DNA of 64,000 nucleotides from Candidatus Eiseniibacteriota bacterium (GTDB taxonomy: Bacteria > Eisenbacteria > RBG-16-71-46): NCBI GenBank assembly GCA_963707915.1, contig OY970178.1:2784001-2848000 (forward strand), in the 5' to 3' direction. Below the pieces are notes generated by a model that was not told the DNA's origin, did not search any database, and worked only from the letters and a program-made list of their open reading frames with translations. How positions within the stretch are numbered: position 1 is the first letter of the stretch; each line of letters starts with the position of its first letter. Both the position numbers and the translations under genes were made by a program. This document shows positions 39,658 to 51,497 of the stretch, in pieces.

Positions 39658-42600
39658 CGCGAGCTCCCGCGGTTCAGCGCGCGCAGGTAGGTCTCGATGA
39701 AGGCGCGGTACTGCGACGGGTAGCGGTCGGCCTGGGCCTTGAGCAGGTCGAGCCGCAGCCGGTCGCTCTCCCGCAGCAGCTCGGCGGGCAGCGCCGCCGG
39801 CGCTTCGCGCGCGGCGTCCTCACCCGGTCGCGACTCGCGGCGGGGCTCGAAGTCCTGCCGGTTGATCGAACGCTGGGCGTCGAGCATCCGCGAAAGGATG
39901 TGCTGCTGCTGCTGCTCCACCTCGTCCCCGAGACGGCCCTCGCGCAGCGCCTCCTCGACCTGCTTCATCTCCTCGGCGGTCTGGTCGAGCCGCCCGAGGA
40001 GCTGCCGCCGCTGGCGGTCCTCCTGCTCGATCCGCCGGAGCTCGTCGTGGATCCGCGCCTGCTCCTGGGCCAGCCTCCGCAGCTCCTCCTGGTCGCCGCC
40101 CGTGAGCCGCGCCTGCTCGGTCAGGCGCTGTCCCAGCGTGCGCGTTCGTCCGTTCAGCTCCGCCTGCTGGTTGCCGAGCTGGTCCATGCGCGCGGGCAGC
40201 GTGCCGCCGGGCTGCTGGCCCTGGCCCGGGGTCTGGCACATCGAGCTCTCGGTCTGGCGCAGCTGCAGGACGGCCTCGACCAGCGCGCTGGCGCCGGCGC
40301 GCGCCGCCCCCTCGCCGCCGGCGCGGTCGCTCTGCCCGAACTTCGTGCCCGACTGCTGCAGGCTGTTGATGGCGCGGCCCAGCGCCTCCGAGAGCTTCGG
40401 CGTGATGAAGGGCGACTTCTTCCCGAGCGTGGCGAGCGAGTCGGCGACGCGGGCCGCGCCCTCGGAGAGGTCCGTCTGGCGGTCCGCCCGCTCGCTCGCG
40501 GGGGAGTTGTTCGGGCCGAGTCCCGCCTCGACGGCGCGCTGCAGCGAGACCAGGTCCTGGGCGGAGCGCCGCACGGCGGCGAGGTCCACCTGCTGCCGCT
40601 GCTGCTGCAGGGCGTTCGAGAGCCGGCCGAGCTGGTCCGACGCCCGCTGCAGGCTCCGGCTCGCGCGCTGGCCCGACGTGCCGGCCCGGGCCTGCTGGTT
40701 CTCCGCCCGCGCCTGCGCGGCCTCGCGCTGCGCGGGCGCCGCCTCCTGCTCGAGCTCCTGCGCGGCCTCCTTCAGCCCGGACTGCGCCTGGGGCTCGCTC
40801 ATCTGCTGTCCGAGTTGCTGCGCCTCGCCGGCGAGGCGCTCGGTCTCGGCGGCGGCCTGCCGCTGCTCCTCCGCCTGCGCCTGCGCGTCCGCCTTCCGCT
40901 CGGTCTCCTGGTTGAGGGCGTCCTGCCGGGCCTTCAGCTCCGCGGCGCGCTGGGCGAGGGCCTGCAGACGCTCCTCCTGCCGCAACCGCTTCAGCAACTC
41001 GAGCGTGCGCTCGAGGTTCTTCAGCAGCAGCTCGTTCTGCTGCCGCCAATCCTGGAGCCCCGGCTCCGGCGGGCGGCGCGGGGTGTTCTCGAGCGCCTCC
41101 TGCAGGCGGCGCATCGCATCCTTGAACTCCTGCGACTGGATCTGGTCCATGACCTGGGCCAGCTCGCGCAGCTTGCGGGTGAGTTGCTCGTCGAAGGCGC
41201 GACGCTCGGTGGCCTGCTGCAGCCCCTCGCGCAGCTGGCGCGAGGCCTCGTCGATCTGGCGGGAGAGGTCCTGCTGGCGGTCGAGCGCGCTCTTGACCTC
41301 CTCCTGCCGCTCGAAGGAACGCGGGCTGCCGGTCGCCGGCGCGGGCGCCTGGCGGGCCAGCTTGTCCAGCGACTTCTGCAGCTCCTGTGCGCGGTCCGCG
41401 ACCTTCTCGAGCGCTCCCTGCACCGTTTCCTGGCCGTGCTCCAGGTCCTGGTAGAGCTCCCCGAGCGACGGGAAGCGCAGCCGGTAGGTGGCGCTGGTCG
41501 CCACGCCGCGCCCGCCTTCGGCGTCGTCGAACAGCTGGAAGCGGAAGCTCGCGCCCTGCCCCGGCAGCAGCGCGAGCGGGGCCGCGTCCCAGCGGGCGGC
41601 GACCCGGGCCTCCCGCGGCCCGCCCGCGAATCGCGCCAGCGTCAGGTCGGTCCACCGGGCGTCCGCGTCCCTGCGCACCTGCAGTCTCAGCTCGGTCAGG
41701 CCGAGATCGTCCTGGCCGAGCACCTCGTAGGGCACCTGCTGGCCGCCCGGCAGGTCCAGGTCACCCTCGGGAACGCGCACGGTGAGGATCGGGGGGGCGT
41801 CGGCCAGCGGCTGGATCGGGTAGCGGAATCGTCCTTCGCCCGCCGGGCCGCCGCCGGGCGCGCCGGCGCGCGCGCGCAGCTCGTACTCGCCCGGCCGCCG
41901 GATGGTGATCTCGCCGTGCCAGCGCCGCGGGTTGAGCGCCCTCCACGGCCGCGCCGGCTCGCCCGGGGCGGCCGCCTCGAGCGCCGCCAGGTCGCGGTCG
42001 AAGAGCACCTCGACCAGCGCCCGCGAGCCACGCAGCGCGGTCAGGTCGCCGCGCGTGGCCGCGCCGCGCTGCACCGGCAGCCGCGCGTAGGCGGGGGGGC
42101 GGATCTCGATCTCGAAGCTCGTCGGCTGGGGGATGCCGGCGAGCGTCACGCGGTAGCGCGGGCTCTCGATCCCGGCGACGCGCACGCGGTAGTCGATGGC
42201 ACGGGTGAGCTGGGTCAGGTCGAATCGCCACGACCGCTCGCCGCCGGCGCCCACGCCCTCCGGGGTCGGGTCCAGCGCGGGCCCGCCCCGCAGCAGCCGC
42301 GGGCGCGCGGCGGTGCCCCAGACCCGCGCGCGCACCGCCAATGCGGTGCCGGGCGTGACGGTCACCGAGCCGGGCTCGACCTCCAGACGCACCGGCGGCG
42401 CGGCCGCGCGCGGATCGAGCAGCGTGTGCCACGAGCGCCCGGTGCGCGCCGGGAACGCGAGCCCGAGCGCGGCCACCACCGCGAGCGCGATCCCCATGGT
42501 GGCGAGTGGACGGCGTGCCTCGAGCGCGGGCCGCAGGGCGGCGAGCGGCACTTCCGCCAGCCGGCGGGACGTCTCCTCGCCCAACGCCCGGGCCAGCTCG

Positions 42601-42962
42601 GGCGAGGTGTGCGCCGGCGGGCGGCGCTCGAAGTCGAGCGCGTTGCGGAGCCGGGAGCGGACCTCGGGGAAGCGCTCCTCGATGCGCTCGAGGTAGGTGT
42701 CGAACGAAGGCCGGGCACGCAGGAAGCCCGCCGCCGCGAGGACCAGGGCCACCGCGCCGGCGCCCGCCACGGCGAGCAGGCGCGCCCAGGCGAGCGGCTC
42801 CCCCGTGGGCCACGCCACGCCGAGCGCCACGGCCAGTGTGACGAGGGCGGCGACGCGTCCCGCGGCCCGCAACCCGTGACGCAGCGTCAGCGACCGCTGC
42901 AGCGCGGCGTAGTGGCGGGCGACGGATCTCTCGAGGGTGTCGTCGGGCACGCGGTGGGTCAT
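39654..42962 (-). CDS. DUF4175-like membrane-anchored coiled-coil protein
   Basis: N-terminal TMs, SRLRNALDF, PPAYARLP, DAPP, DDLGL, long Q/E-rich coiled coil, ILSRMLDAQRS, terminal YRAFIETYLRAL. Confidence 0.8.
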   Translation of the reverse strand: MTHRVPDDTLERSVARHYAALQRSLTLRHGLRAAGRVAALVTLAVALGVAWPTGEPLAWARLLAVAGAGAVALVLAAAGFLRARPSFDTYLERIEERFPEVRSRLRNALDFERRPPAHTSPELARALGEETSRRLAEVPLAALRPALEARRPLATMGIALAVVAALGLAFPARTGRSWHTLLDPRAAAPPVRLEVEPGSVTVTPGTALAVRARVWGTAARPRLLRGGPALDPTPEGVGAGGERSWRFDLTQLTRAIDYRVRVAGIESPRYRVTLAGIPQPTSFEIEIRPPAYARLPVQRGAATRGDLTALRGSRALVEVLFDRDLAALEAAAPGEPARPWRALNPRRWHGEITIRRPGEYELRARAGAPGGGPAGEGRFRYPIQPLADAPPILTVRVPEGDLDLPGGQQVPYEVLGQDDLGLTELRLQVRRDADARWTDLTLARFAGGPREARVAARWDAAPLALLPGQGASFRFQLFDDAEGGRGVATSATYRLRFPSLGELYQDLEHGQETVQGALEKVADRAQELQKSLDKLARQAPAPATGSPRSFERQEEVKSALDRQQDLSRQIDEASRQLREGLQQATERRAFDEQLTRKLRELAQVMDQIQSQEFKDAMRRLQEALENTPRRPPEPGLQDWRQQNELLLKNLERTLELLKRLRQEERLQALAQRAAELKARQDALNQETERKADAQAQAEEQRQAAAETERLAGEAQQLGQQMSEPQAQSGLKEAAQELEQEAAPAQREAAQARAENQQARAGTSGQRASRSLQRASDQLGRLSNALQQQRQQVDLAAVRRSAQDLVSLQRAVEAGLGPNNSPASERADRQTDLSEGAARVADSLATLGKKSPFITPKLSEALGRAINSLQQSGTKFGQSDRAGGEGAARAGASALVEAVLQLRQTESSMCQTPGQGQQPGGTLPARMDQLGNQQAELNGRTRTLGQRLTEQARLTGGDQEELRRLAQEQARIHDELRRIEQEDRQRRQLLGRLDQTAEEMKQVEEALREGRLGDEVEQQQQHILSRMLDAQRSINRQDFEPRRESRPGEDAAREAPAALPAELLRESDRLRLDLLKAQADRYPSQYRAFIETYLRALNRGSSR

Positions 42963-42987
42963 CGTGGTCGGGCCGGCCCGGGGTGGG

Positions 42988-43680
42988 TCAATGCGTCAGG
43001 ACGTAGTGGACGAGGTTCAGGGACATGCGCAGCGCGGCCTCGCGCTTCTCGGGCGGATCGTTGTGGATCTCGGGGTCCTCGAGGCCGTCCCCGAGGTCCG
43101 TGTCGAACGAGTAGAAGACGACCAGCCGGCCGTCCTGGAAGACGCCGTAGGCCCGCGCGGGGCCGCCGTCGTGCTCGTGGATCTTCGGCAGGCCGGCCGG
43201 GAAATCGTAGAACCCGTGGAAGACCGCGTGCGAGAAGGGCAACTCGACCAGCGGTGCGCCGGGGAACACCAGTTGGATCGCCTTCCGGAACGACGGGTCG
43301 ATGCCGAAGTCGTCGTCCACCCACAGGAAGCCGCCGGTCGTGAGGTAGCGGCGCAGGTTGGCGGCCTCGGTGGGCGTGAGCTTGAGGTTGCCGTGCCCGC
43401 ACGCGTAGACGAACGGGTACTGGAAGAGCGCGGCCGAGCCGGGCTCGACCACCGCCTCCTTCGTGCCCGCCGCGGGGATCGAGAGACGTTCCTGCGCGGC
43501 CCTCATCAGGTTCGCGAGCGAGGTGCGGTTCTCGTACCAGTCGCCGCCGCCGCCGTACTTGAGCCGGGCGATGCCGAAGGCGCGCGCGCCCGGCTCGGTG
43601 GGCGCGTCGCTCGCGCCGCGCGCGGTCGCGGTGCCTGCGCAAGCGGCGGCCAGGACGAGCAGGGCGGTGATGAGCTTCAC
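42988..43680 (-). CDS. DUF4159 domain protein
   Basis: IARLKYGGGGDWY, YPFVY.CGHG, LRRYL..GGFLWVDD, LPKIHEHDG, DLGDG.ED; GTG start and signal peptide. Confidence 0.88.
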   Translation of the reverse strand: MKLITALLVLAAACAGTATARGASDAPTEPGARAFGIARLKYGGGGDWYENRTSLANLMRAAQERLSIPAAGTKEAVVEPGSAALFQYPFVYACGHGNLKLTPTEAANLRRYLTTGGFLWVDDDFGIDPSFRKAIQLVFPGAPLVELPFSHAVFHGFYDFPAGLPKIHEHDGGPARAYGVFQDGRLVVFYSFDTDLGDGLEDPEIHNDPPEKREAALRMSLNLVHYVLTH

Positions 43681-43763
43681 GGGTGGTGGTTCTCCAGGGG
43701 CATCTCGCGGGGGGCGCCCTTCCTGATGATACACGCGCCGGGCCGGGTCTGCCGAAGCGCACG

Positions 43764-43798
43764 ACGAAGGCCCGGACCACCGGGGTCCGGGCCTTCGT
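43764..43798 (-). terminator. Perfect 15-bp hairpin downstream of the secDF-lipoprotein unit
   Basis: acgaaggcccggacc-accgg-ggtccgggccttcgt. Confidence 0.65.
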
Positions 43799-43825
43799 GC
43801 CGGGCGGGCCGAGGAGACCCCGGCG

Positions 43826-44887
43826 TCAGCGGCCGGCGAGCTTGATCCCGGCCCGCAGGGCCCGGTTCAGCGGGTCCACGCGCGCTCGCGCCGGGGCGGC
43901 GACTTCGATGAAGCGGAGCGGTTCGGACGTCGCCAGGCTCCCGGCCGGGGGCGCCTGCGCCAGGTAGGCCCCGCCCTGGAAGAGGCGCGCGTAGCCGTCC
44001 GGCGCGCTCGCTTCGAAGAGCGACCCGTAGGAGTAGGCGATCAGCCGTCCCCGCGAATCCACCGCGCTGGCGCGCATCAGGTACACCCCCAGCGGGACGA
44101 ACGGGAGATCCACCAGGACCTTCGCGTTCGCGGCGTCGATGCCCTCCGCGTTGATGGGCAGCCAGGCGACCAGGTAGTCGCGCTGGTCCTGGGTCGCGTA
44201 GGGCGCGGGGGCGGCGTTGTGGATGGCCGCGTTCTCGTCGCCGGTCCTCATCGCGTAGACCTGCAGGATGTACGCGACCGCGCTGTCCACGTGCGAGAAG
44301 CCGAAGGTCCTGAGGTGGTCCGGAGTGCCTACCAGCAGGTCTTGCACCTCGGCCTCGTGGTTGATGGCCACGTTGGTCAGCGGGGTGGTGGGGGTGTTGG
44401 TCCCGGACACCAGCCCCCGGCCGAGATAGGTCGGCGGATCGAAGCCCGAGGGACGCGGGTCCTGCCAGGTGAACAGCTTCCAGCCCGAATGGGCGAAGCG
44501 CTGCGAGGGGCTCAGCGCGTAGTCCGACAGCGGCGCGTAGCCGCCGTTGAGCTCGCGACGGAGGATCTCGTAGCTGTTCGCCGCCGTCCCGTCGAAGATC
44601 ATCCCCCGGGTGACGCCCGGACCCGCGGGGTAGATGGAAGTCGTCGAGACCAGCGTGTCGACGCACTCGTCGCAGTTGCCGGCCTTCAGCTTGACGAGGT
44701 ACATCGTGGTGGGAAGGTCGGGCTGGACGATCTGCCGGGCGCCGGCGTCCACCCGGCCTTCCGGGGAGGTGTAGCTGGGGTCGAAACTGGTGAGCTTCTT
44801 GGTGCAGCCGGCCATCGCCAGCGCCACCACGGCGACGGCGACGAGCGAGGCGATGCTGCGCAGCGGACCTCGGGGACCGTTCATCAT
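43826..44887 (-). CDS. Hypothetical lipoprotein
   Basis: Signal peptide with lipobox MAGC; beta-rich body; NCDEC motif. Confidence 0.72.
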   Translation of the reverse strand: MMNGPRGPLRSIASLVAVAVVALAMAGCTKKLTSFDPSYTSPEGRVDAGARQIVQPDLPTTMYLVKLKAGNCDECVDTLVSTTSIYPAGPGVTRGMIFDGTAANSYEILRRELNGGYAPLSDYALSPSQRFAHSGWKLFTWQDPRPSGFDPPTYLGRGLVSGTNTPTTPLTNVAINHEAEVQDLLVGTPDHLRTFGFSHVDSAVAYILQVYAMRTGDENAAIHNAAPAPYATQDQRDYLVAWLPINAEGIDAANAKVLVDLPFVPLGVYLMRASAVDSRGRLIAYSYGSLFEASAPDGYARLFQGGAYLAQAPPAGSLATSEPLRFIEVAAPARARVDPLNRALRAGIKLAGR

Positions 44888-44907
44888 GAGCCTCTTGAGC
44901 CTTTCGC

Positions 44908-45822
44908 CTACTCGGCCTGAACTCCCTTGCGGCGCTCGAGCAGGATCCAGATGTCGAGCGCCAGTGCGCTGGCCACGTAAACCGAGGAATACGTCCCGAA
45001 CGCCACGCCGATCAGCATCGCGAACGAGAAGTCGCGGAGCACCTCGCCGCCCCAGATGAACAGCCCGAGCGCCGCCAGGAACACGGTGAGCGCGGTGATC
45101 ACGGTGCGCGACAGGGTCTCGTTGACCGCGATGTCCATGGCCCGGGAGTGCTTCTCCTTGCGGAGCGCCCGGGAGCGCTCGCGGATGCGATCGAACACGA
45201 CGATGGTGTCGTTGATGGAATAGCCGGCGATGGTGAGCAGGGCCGCGACCACCGTCAGGGACACCTCGCGCCCGGTGAAGCACAGGAACCCCAGGACGAT
45301 GAACACGTCGTGGAACAGTGCCACCACGGCGCCGAAGGCGAACTTGAACTCGTAGCGGATGCCCACGTAGAGGAGGATCCCGCCCAGGCTCCAGAGCACC
45401 GCCCAGATGGCCTTGTGCCGCAGCTCGTTGCCGACCTTCGGCCCGACCGACTCCTGGCGGCGCAACTCGGCGGTGACCCCGGGGAAGCGGGCCGCGATGG
45501 CCTGCTGGATCACGGGGAACGGGCTCTGGTTGTCGCTCCGGAAGCGGATCAGGAACTCGTCCCGGTTCTGCCCGGTCATCTGCTGGAGCTCCACGCCGCG
45601 GAAGTCGGCGGCGTCGAGGGTCCGGCGCACGTCGTCGGCCGCCAGCACGCGGCTGGTGCGGACCTGGAGCACGGAACCGCCCGTGAAGTCGACGCTCAGA
45701 CGTGGCCCGCCGTGCAGGAGCAGCCACGCGGTGGTCGAAGCCACCAGCACGGCGGAGAGCAGGTACGCGTAGCGCCGGTACTGCATGAAGGGGAAGTTGG
45801 TGCCGATCAGCATCTGAAGCAT
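44908..45822 (-). CDS. secF: Protein translocase subunit SecF
   Basis: SVDFTGG, ESVGPKVG, ALFHDV, LTIAGYSINDTIVVFDRIRE, ETLSRT, GTYSS. Confidence 0.96.
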   Translation of the reverse strand: MLQMLIGTNFPFMQYRRYAYLLSAVLVASTTAWLLLHGGPRLSVDFTGGSVLQVRTSRVLAADDVRRTLDAADFRGVELQQMTGQNRDEFLIRFRSDNQSPFPVIQQAIAARFPGVTAELRRQESVGPKVGNELRHKAIWAVLWSLGGILLYVGIRYEFKFAFGAVVALFHDVFIVLGFLCFTGREVSLTVVAALLTIAGYSINDTIVVFDRIRERSRALRKEKHSRAMDIAVNETLSRTVITALTVFLAALGLFIWGGEVLRDFSFAMLIGVAFGTYSSVYVASALALDIWILLERRKGVQAE

Positions 45823-45844
45823 CGTCTTGCTCTCCTCGTGCCTG

Positions 45845-47416
<1,572 letters not shown>

Positions 47417-47522
47417 CGGATCCCTCAGGGCAGACAACGGCCGGCTCGCCGGGGCAGACCCAGGCATGGTGCAGGTGCCCCCCGCGGCGCCGCCGGCAGG
47501 CGCAAGACGCTAGGAGCATGCG

Positions 47523-47551
47523 AGTCTACGGGGCGGGGGGTGGAGTGTCAA
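47523..47551 (-). promoter_or_regulatory. sigma70 promoter of secDF
   Basis: TTGACA-17 bp-TAGACT on the minus strand. Confidence 0.7.
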
Positions 47552-47927
47552 CGAATCCGGGCCTGCGCGATCCCCGCACCGGTTGCGCGGCTTCCGCCGG
47601 CGTCCGGGCACGAATGTGCAGTCGACGGCGGGCGGGCGTCGTCGAGGGCCGGGACTGGGGCCGGTTGGCGGCCGGCCCCGGGGTGAATCGTTTCATCCTG
47701 GGAGGGACGGGGTGGGGAGTGGACGGCGGATGGAGAGGTGGGTTCCCGGTCCGGCGGCACCGCGCCCTTCCGCAAGAAGCGTTCCGCACCGCGAGGGGCG
47801 GTCGGGCCCCGCTCCGGACCCGGAACGTTCCACCCGCCCGTCCACGACACGTCACCAGCGTCCACGCCCCGACGCCGACGGGCACAAGCCCGCCGCGCCC
47901 GGATCGCGCCCTCCCGGGCGCGGTTTC

Positions 47928-47956
47928 TTGACACCCCTCGGGGCCGTTCCTATAGT
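47928..47956 (+). promoter_or_regulatory. sigma70 promoter
   Basis: TTGACA-17 bp-TATAGT. Confidence 0.78.
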
Positions 47957-48022
47957 GTGCCGCTTGTCATACCGGGCCTCTTTCACCCCATCCCATTGCC
48001 CGGGATAAGGAGCCTCCATCGC

Positions 48023-48769
48023 ATGATTCCACGCATTCGTTGGGTGAGCTTCGCCGCGCTGGCGTTGCTCGCGATCGCCTCGGCATGCCTTGCGGCGGAC
48101 GGTGATCCGATCTACAAGCCCGGCCTCGGAGGGCTCGGCGCACAGCTCGGCGGCTCCTACTTCGGTGTCGATCGGATGGTGGGCGGCGAGTGGTTCGGGG
48201 ACTACTCGAAGCGGGCCGTGCCGCGATTCTCCTTCGCCGGGCAGTTCCGTTATGTCCGCAGCCGTCACTGGCGCTGGCAGGTGAGCCCGGGCTTCACCTG
48301 GGCCGCCTACAAGCCGGGCACGCTCCTTCCGACCACCGTGCCGGGGTCGCAGGAGGGCCGCGAGAAGGACAACGTCCTCGTGCTGCTGCAGCCGACCACG
48401 GCGCAGCTGCAACTCGTCACCCGGCGGGGCCGGTGGTTCTACCACGCCGGCGTGGGGCCGGGCCTCTACCGCGTGGTGGTCGAGAACAACCGCGCCGTCT
48501 ACTGGGACCCGGTCACGCTGCGGGCGCACCGCGGCCTGTACCCGGGCGCGTCGTTCGAGATCGGTTTCGAGCGCTTCCTCAAGTCGATCACGACGAGCAG
48601 CATCGAGATCACCTGGGTGAACCACCTGGTCTTCGCGCAGCGCGACGAACAGTTCCGGAGCGGCTACAACAGCAACCTGATGGCGACGGAACTGCGGGTA
48701 GGACTCAACTACTACTTCGACCCGCTGAGGCAGAAGAAGCAGGGCATCGAGATCCCCGAGGTCAAGTGA
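48023..48769 (+). CDS. Putative small outer-membrane beta-barrel protein
   Basis: SD TAAGGAG; signal peptide; alternating amphipathic strands; [10 protein letters not shown] near the C-terminus. Confidence 0.7.
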   Translation: MIPRIRWVSFAALALLAIASACLAADGDPIYKPGLGGLGAQLGGSYFGVDRMVGGEWFGDYSKRAVPRFSFAGQFRYVRSRHWRWQVSPGFTWAAYKPGTLLPTTVPGSQEGREKDNVLVLLQPTTAQLQLVTRRGRWFYHAGVGPGLYRVVVENNRAVYWDPVTLRAHRGLYPGASFEIGFERFLKSITTSSIEITWVNHLVFAQRDEQFRSGYNSNLMATELRVGLNYYFDPLRQKKQGIEIPEVK

Positions 48770-48841
48770 GCCTGCCGGTGGCCGCGGCGCGACGTCCTCG
48801 CCGCGGCTCCCGGGCCCGTCGTCGTCCCCGGAGTCGGCGCC

Positions 48842-50080
48842 ATGACTGACCGGGTCCGCTGGGAGGACAAGGTGGGCCGCGACGCGCTCGCCTTCGACGA
48901 CGTCCTGCTGGTGCCCGCGTACTCCGCCGTCCACCCGCGTGACGTGGACGTGCGCACGCGCTTCTCCCGCCGCATCGCGCTGAACCTCCCGCTGGTCAGC
49001 TCGGCCATGGACACGGTCACCGAGTCCGAACTGGCCATCGCGCTGGCACGCGAGGGCGGCCTCGGGGTGATCCACAAGAACCTCGCCATCGCCGGGCAGT
49101 GCGCGCAGGTGGAGCGCGTGAAGCGGGCGGAGAGCGGCGCGGGCGACGGTCCGGCCGCGGCGCCGCCCGCGGTGGCCCCGGGCGGCGCGCGGGAGGTGCC
49201 GGAGGGCCGTCGCCCCGGGCACCTCCTCCACCCGCTGGCCTGCACGGATGCGCTCGGCCGCTTGCGCGTGGCCGCGGCGCTCGGCGCGGGCGGCGACGTC
49301 CTCGAGCGCGCCGCCGAACTGGTGCGCGCGGGCGTGGACGCGCTGGTGCTGGACAGCGCGCACGCCCACTCGAGCGGTGTCATGCAGGCCGCGGTCGCGG
49401 TGCGCGCCCGCTTCCCCGACGTGGACCTGGTGGTCGGCAACGTCGGCACGTTCGAGGGGGCGCGGGCGGTCGCCGACCTGGGCGCGGACGCCGTCAAGGT
49501 CGGCATGGGGCCGGGCGCGATCTGCACCACCCGGGTGGTCAGCGGCGCGGGCATGGCCCAGGTCACCGCGGTGCTCGACGCGGCGCGGGCGCTCGAGGGC
49601 CGCGACGTGCCGATCATCGCCGACGGCGGTGTCCGGTTCTCCGGCGACGTCGTCAAGGCCCTGGCCGCCGGTGCGCACTCGGTCATGATCGGCAGCCTGT
49701 TCGCGGGGACGGCGGAGAGCCCCGGCGAGACCGTGCTGCTGGAGGGGCGTGCCTGGAAGGTGTACCGGGGGATGGGCTCGCTGCCGGCCATGGCCGCCGC
49801 GAAGGGCAGCCGCGAGCGCTACTTCCAGGACGACACCGACGAGCCGGCGAAGCTCGTGCCCGAGGGCATCGAGGCGCGCGTGCCCTTCCGGGGCCCGCTG
49901 GGGCCCGTGGTGTTCCAGTTGCTGGGCGGCCTCCGCGCCGGCATGGGCTACTGCGGCGTGGTCGGCATCGAGGAGCTGCGCACCCGGACGCGCTTCGTGC
50001 GCGTCTCGCCGGCCGCGCTGCGCGAGAGCCACCCGCACGACGTCACCGTCACCCGCGAAGCGCCCAACTACGGCGGGTAG
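48842..50080 (+). CDS. guaB: IMP dehydrogenase lacking the CBS (Bateman) subdomain
   Basis: [61 protein letters not shown]. Confidence 0.92.
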   Translation: MTDRVRWEDKVGRDALAFDDVLLVPAYSAVHPRDVDVRTRFSRRIALNLPLVSSAMDTVTESELAIALAREGGLGVIHKNLAIAGQCAQVERVKRAESGAGDGPAAAPPAVAPGGAREVPEGRRPGHLLHPLACTDALGRLRVAAALGAGGDVLERAAELVRAGVDALVLDSAHAHSSGVMQAAVAVRARFPDVDLVVGNVGTFEGARAVADLGADAVKVGMGPGAICTTRVVSGAGMAQVTAVLDAARALEGRDVPIIADGGVRFSGDVVKALAAGAHSVMIGSLFAGTAESPGETVLLEGRAWKVYRGMGSLPAMAAAKGSRERYFQDDTDEPAKLVPEGIEARVPFRGPLGPVVFQLLGGLRAGMGYCGVVGIEELRTRTRFVRVSPAALRESHPHDVTVTREAPNYGG

Positions 50081-50124
50081 GGCCGGCGGGCCGCTCCCGC
50101 GCCCGCTCCGGCCCCCGGACGATT

Positions 50125-50157
50125 CCGGGCCCCGGAGCTTCGGTCTCCGGGGCCCGG
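50125..50157. terminator. 13-bp hairpin between convergent genes
   Basis: ccgggccccggag-cttcggt-ctccggggcccgg. Confidence 0.6.
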
Positions 50158-50199
50158 TGCTTGCGCCGCGACTGGACGACCCGGCGCGTGACTCTCGGG

Positions 50200-50970
50200 C
50201 TACGCCTGCTTTGGCAACTCGAAGTGGAAGTCGGGATTCAGCTGGCGGATCTCGTTCACCAGGCGCTCGAGGCTCTCCACGGTCTCGGCATCCGGGCGGA
50301 CCTTCCAGGCCGAGTACAGCTCGAGCAGCTCGTCCTGCTTGGTGCGCAGCAGCAGCTGCATCGCGGCCTCGTTCGCGGTGCGCTCGAGGTGGTAGACCTC
50401 GCCCTGGGCCAGCCGCTTCGACAGGTCGAGCGGCTCGCCGCGCATGTGCGAGAGGATCTTCAGGTAGCGGTCGAAGCCCACCGAGAGCTTCTCGATCACC
50501 TCGGCCACGCCCGCGTTCCTGCGGTGCATCTGCTGGCTGTAGGTATAGGCGAAGTGATAGTAGGTCCTGCCCCGCCCGACGTAGGCCTCCTCGCTGGGCT
50601 GGGCGTTGGTCCGGGACCTCGCCGGCGGGTCCGGGTTGTCGAAGATGCCGGTCGAGACCAGCAGGAAGTCGGCGTCGGTCTTGTGGATGACGTAGCGCAG
50701 TCGCGCGTCGGACGACCGGGCGAACCGGCGAAACACGTCCACGTCGTAGCGCGACAGGAACTTGTTCGACGGCTCGACGTGCTCGGGGCTGATGAAGGCG
50801 TGGAGCAGGTGCGAGAGGTAGGCGTCCACGTCCTCGTCACGGGACTCGGGGCTCGTGACCATGCCGGCCGCGATCCGGCTGTAGAGCAGGCAGTTGATCG
50901 TGAAGTGGTAGGTCGGCTGGAGGTCGCGGCGGGTCTCCTTGATGTTCTGCACGTCGTGCCGAGGATCCAT
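50200..50970 (-). CDS. Hypothetical helical protein
   Basis: SD GGAGGGG before ATG 50970; GC3-biased, protein-like composition (YLSHLL, ADFLLVSTGIF, GRTYYHFA). Confidence 0.8.
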   Translation of the reverse strand: MDPRHDVQNIKETRRDLQPTYHFTINCLLYSRIAAGMVTSPESRDEDVDAYLSHLLHAFISPEHVEPSNKFLSRYDVDVFRRFARSSDARLRYVIHKTDADFLLVSTGIFDNPDPPARSRTNAQPSEEAYVGRGRTYYHFAYTYSQQMHRRNAGVAEVIEKLSVGFDRYLKILSHMRGEPLDLSKRLAQGEVYHLERTANEAAMQLLLRTKQDELLELYSAWKVRPDAETVESLERLVNEIRQLNPDFHFELPKQA

Positions 50971-51497
50971 GCCGCCCCCCTCCAAGCTGCCGCGTCCGAT
51001 TCGGCGCGGTCGCCCACCCGCTCCGACCCGTGTCTCCATCGGATGGACTCCTGCATCCGCCATGCCATCCGGGGCCTTCGTCCCCTTGGATGCTCCTGCT
51101 TGGGTCTGCGACATCGCATCGGTCGCGGGGGTGGTCCGGAGGCTCCGTTCCCCGTGTGATTTGGCTCACGGGGGTGCCCGGAATGGGGGTTCTGGCGCGG
51201 CTGGCGGGGATTCCGGGGCCGCGGCGCGCGCGCGGGCGCTGCAATGGCCGCGCTCTTCGACCATGCAATCTCTACGCTCCGGCCAGGCGCGACGTCGCCC
51301 CGGCGTGGTCCGGACCCGGCTCAGCCGCAGGGGGATAAGCCGCCTCCCGGCCCGGGTCCGGGGCCGTGCGTAGTGCAACGTCGCCACTCCCGCGGTGGCC
51401 CTGCCTCACCGGGCCGGCCCCGGCGGGGACGAACCCGCTTCGGGGCATGTCACTTGCGAGTGCCCGGCATGTGACCCAGCATCCCGCTTCCACTTCC

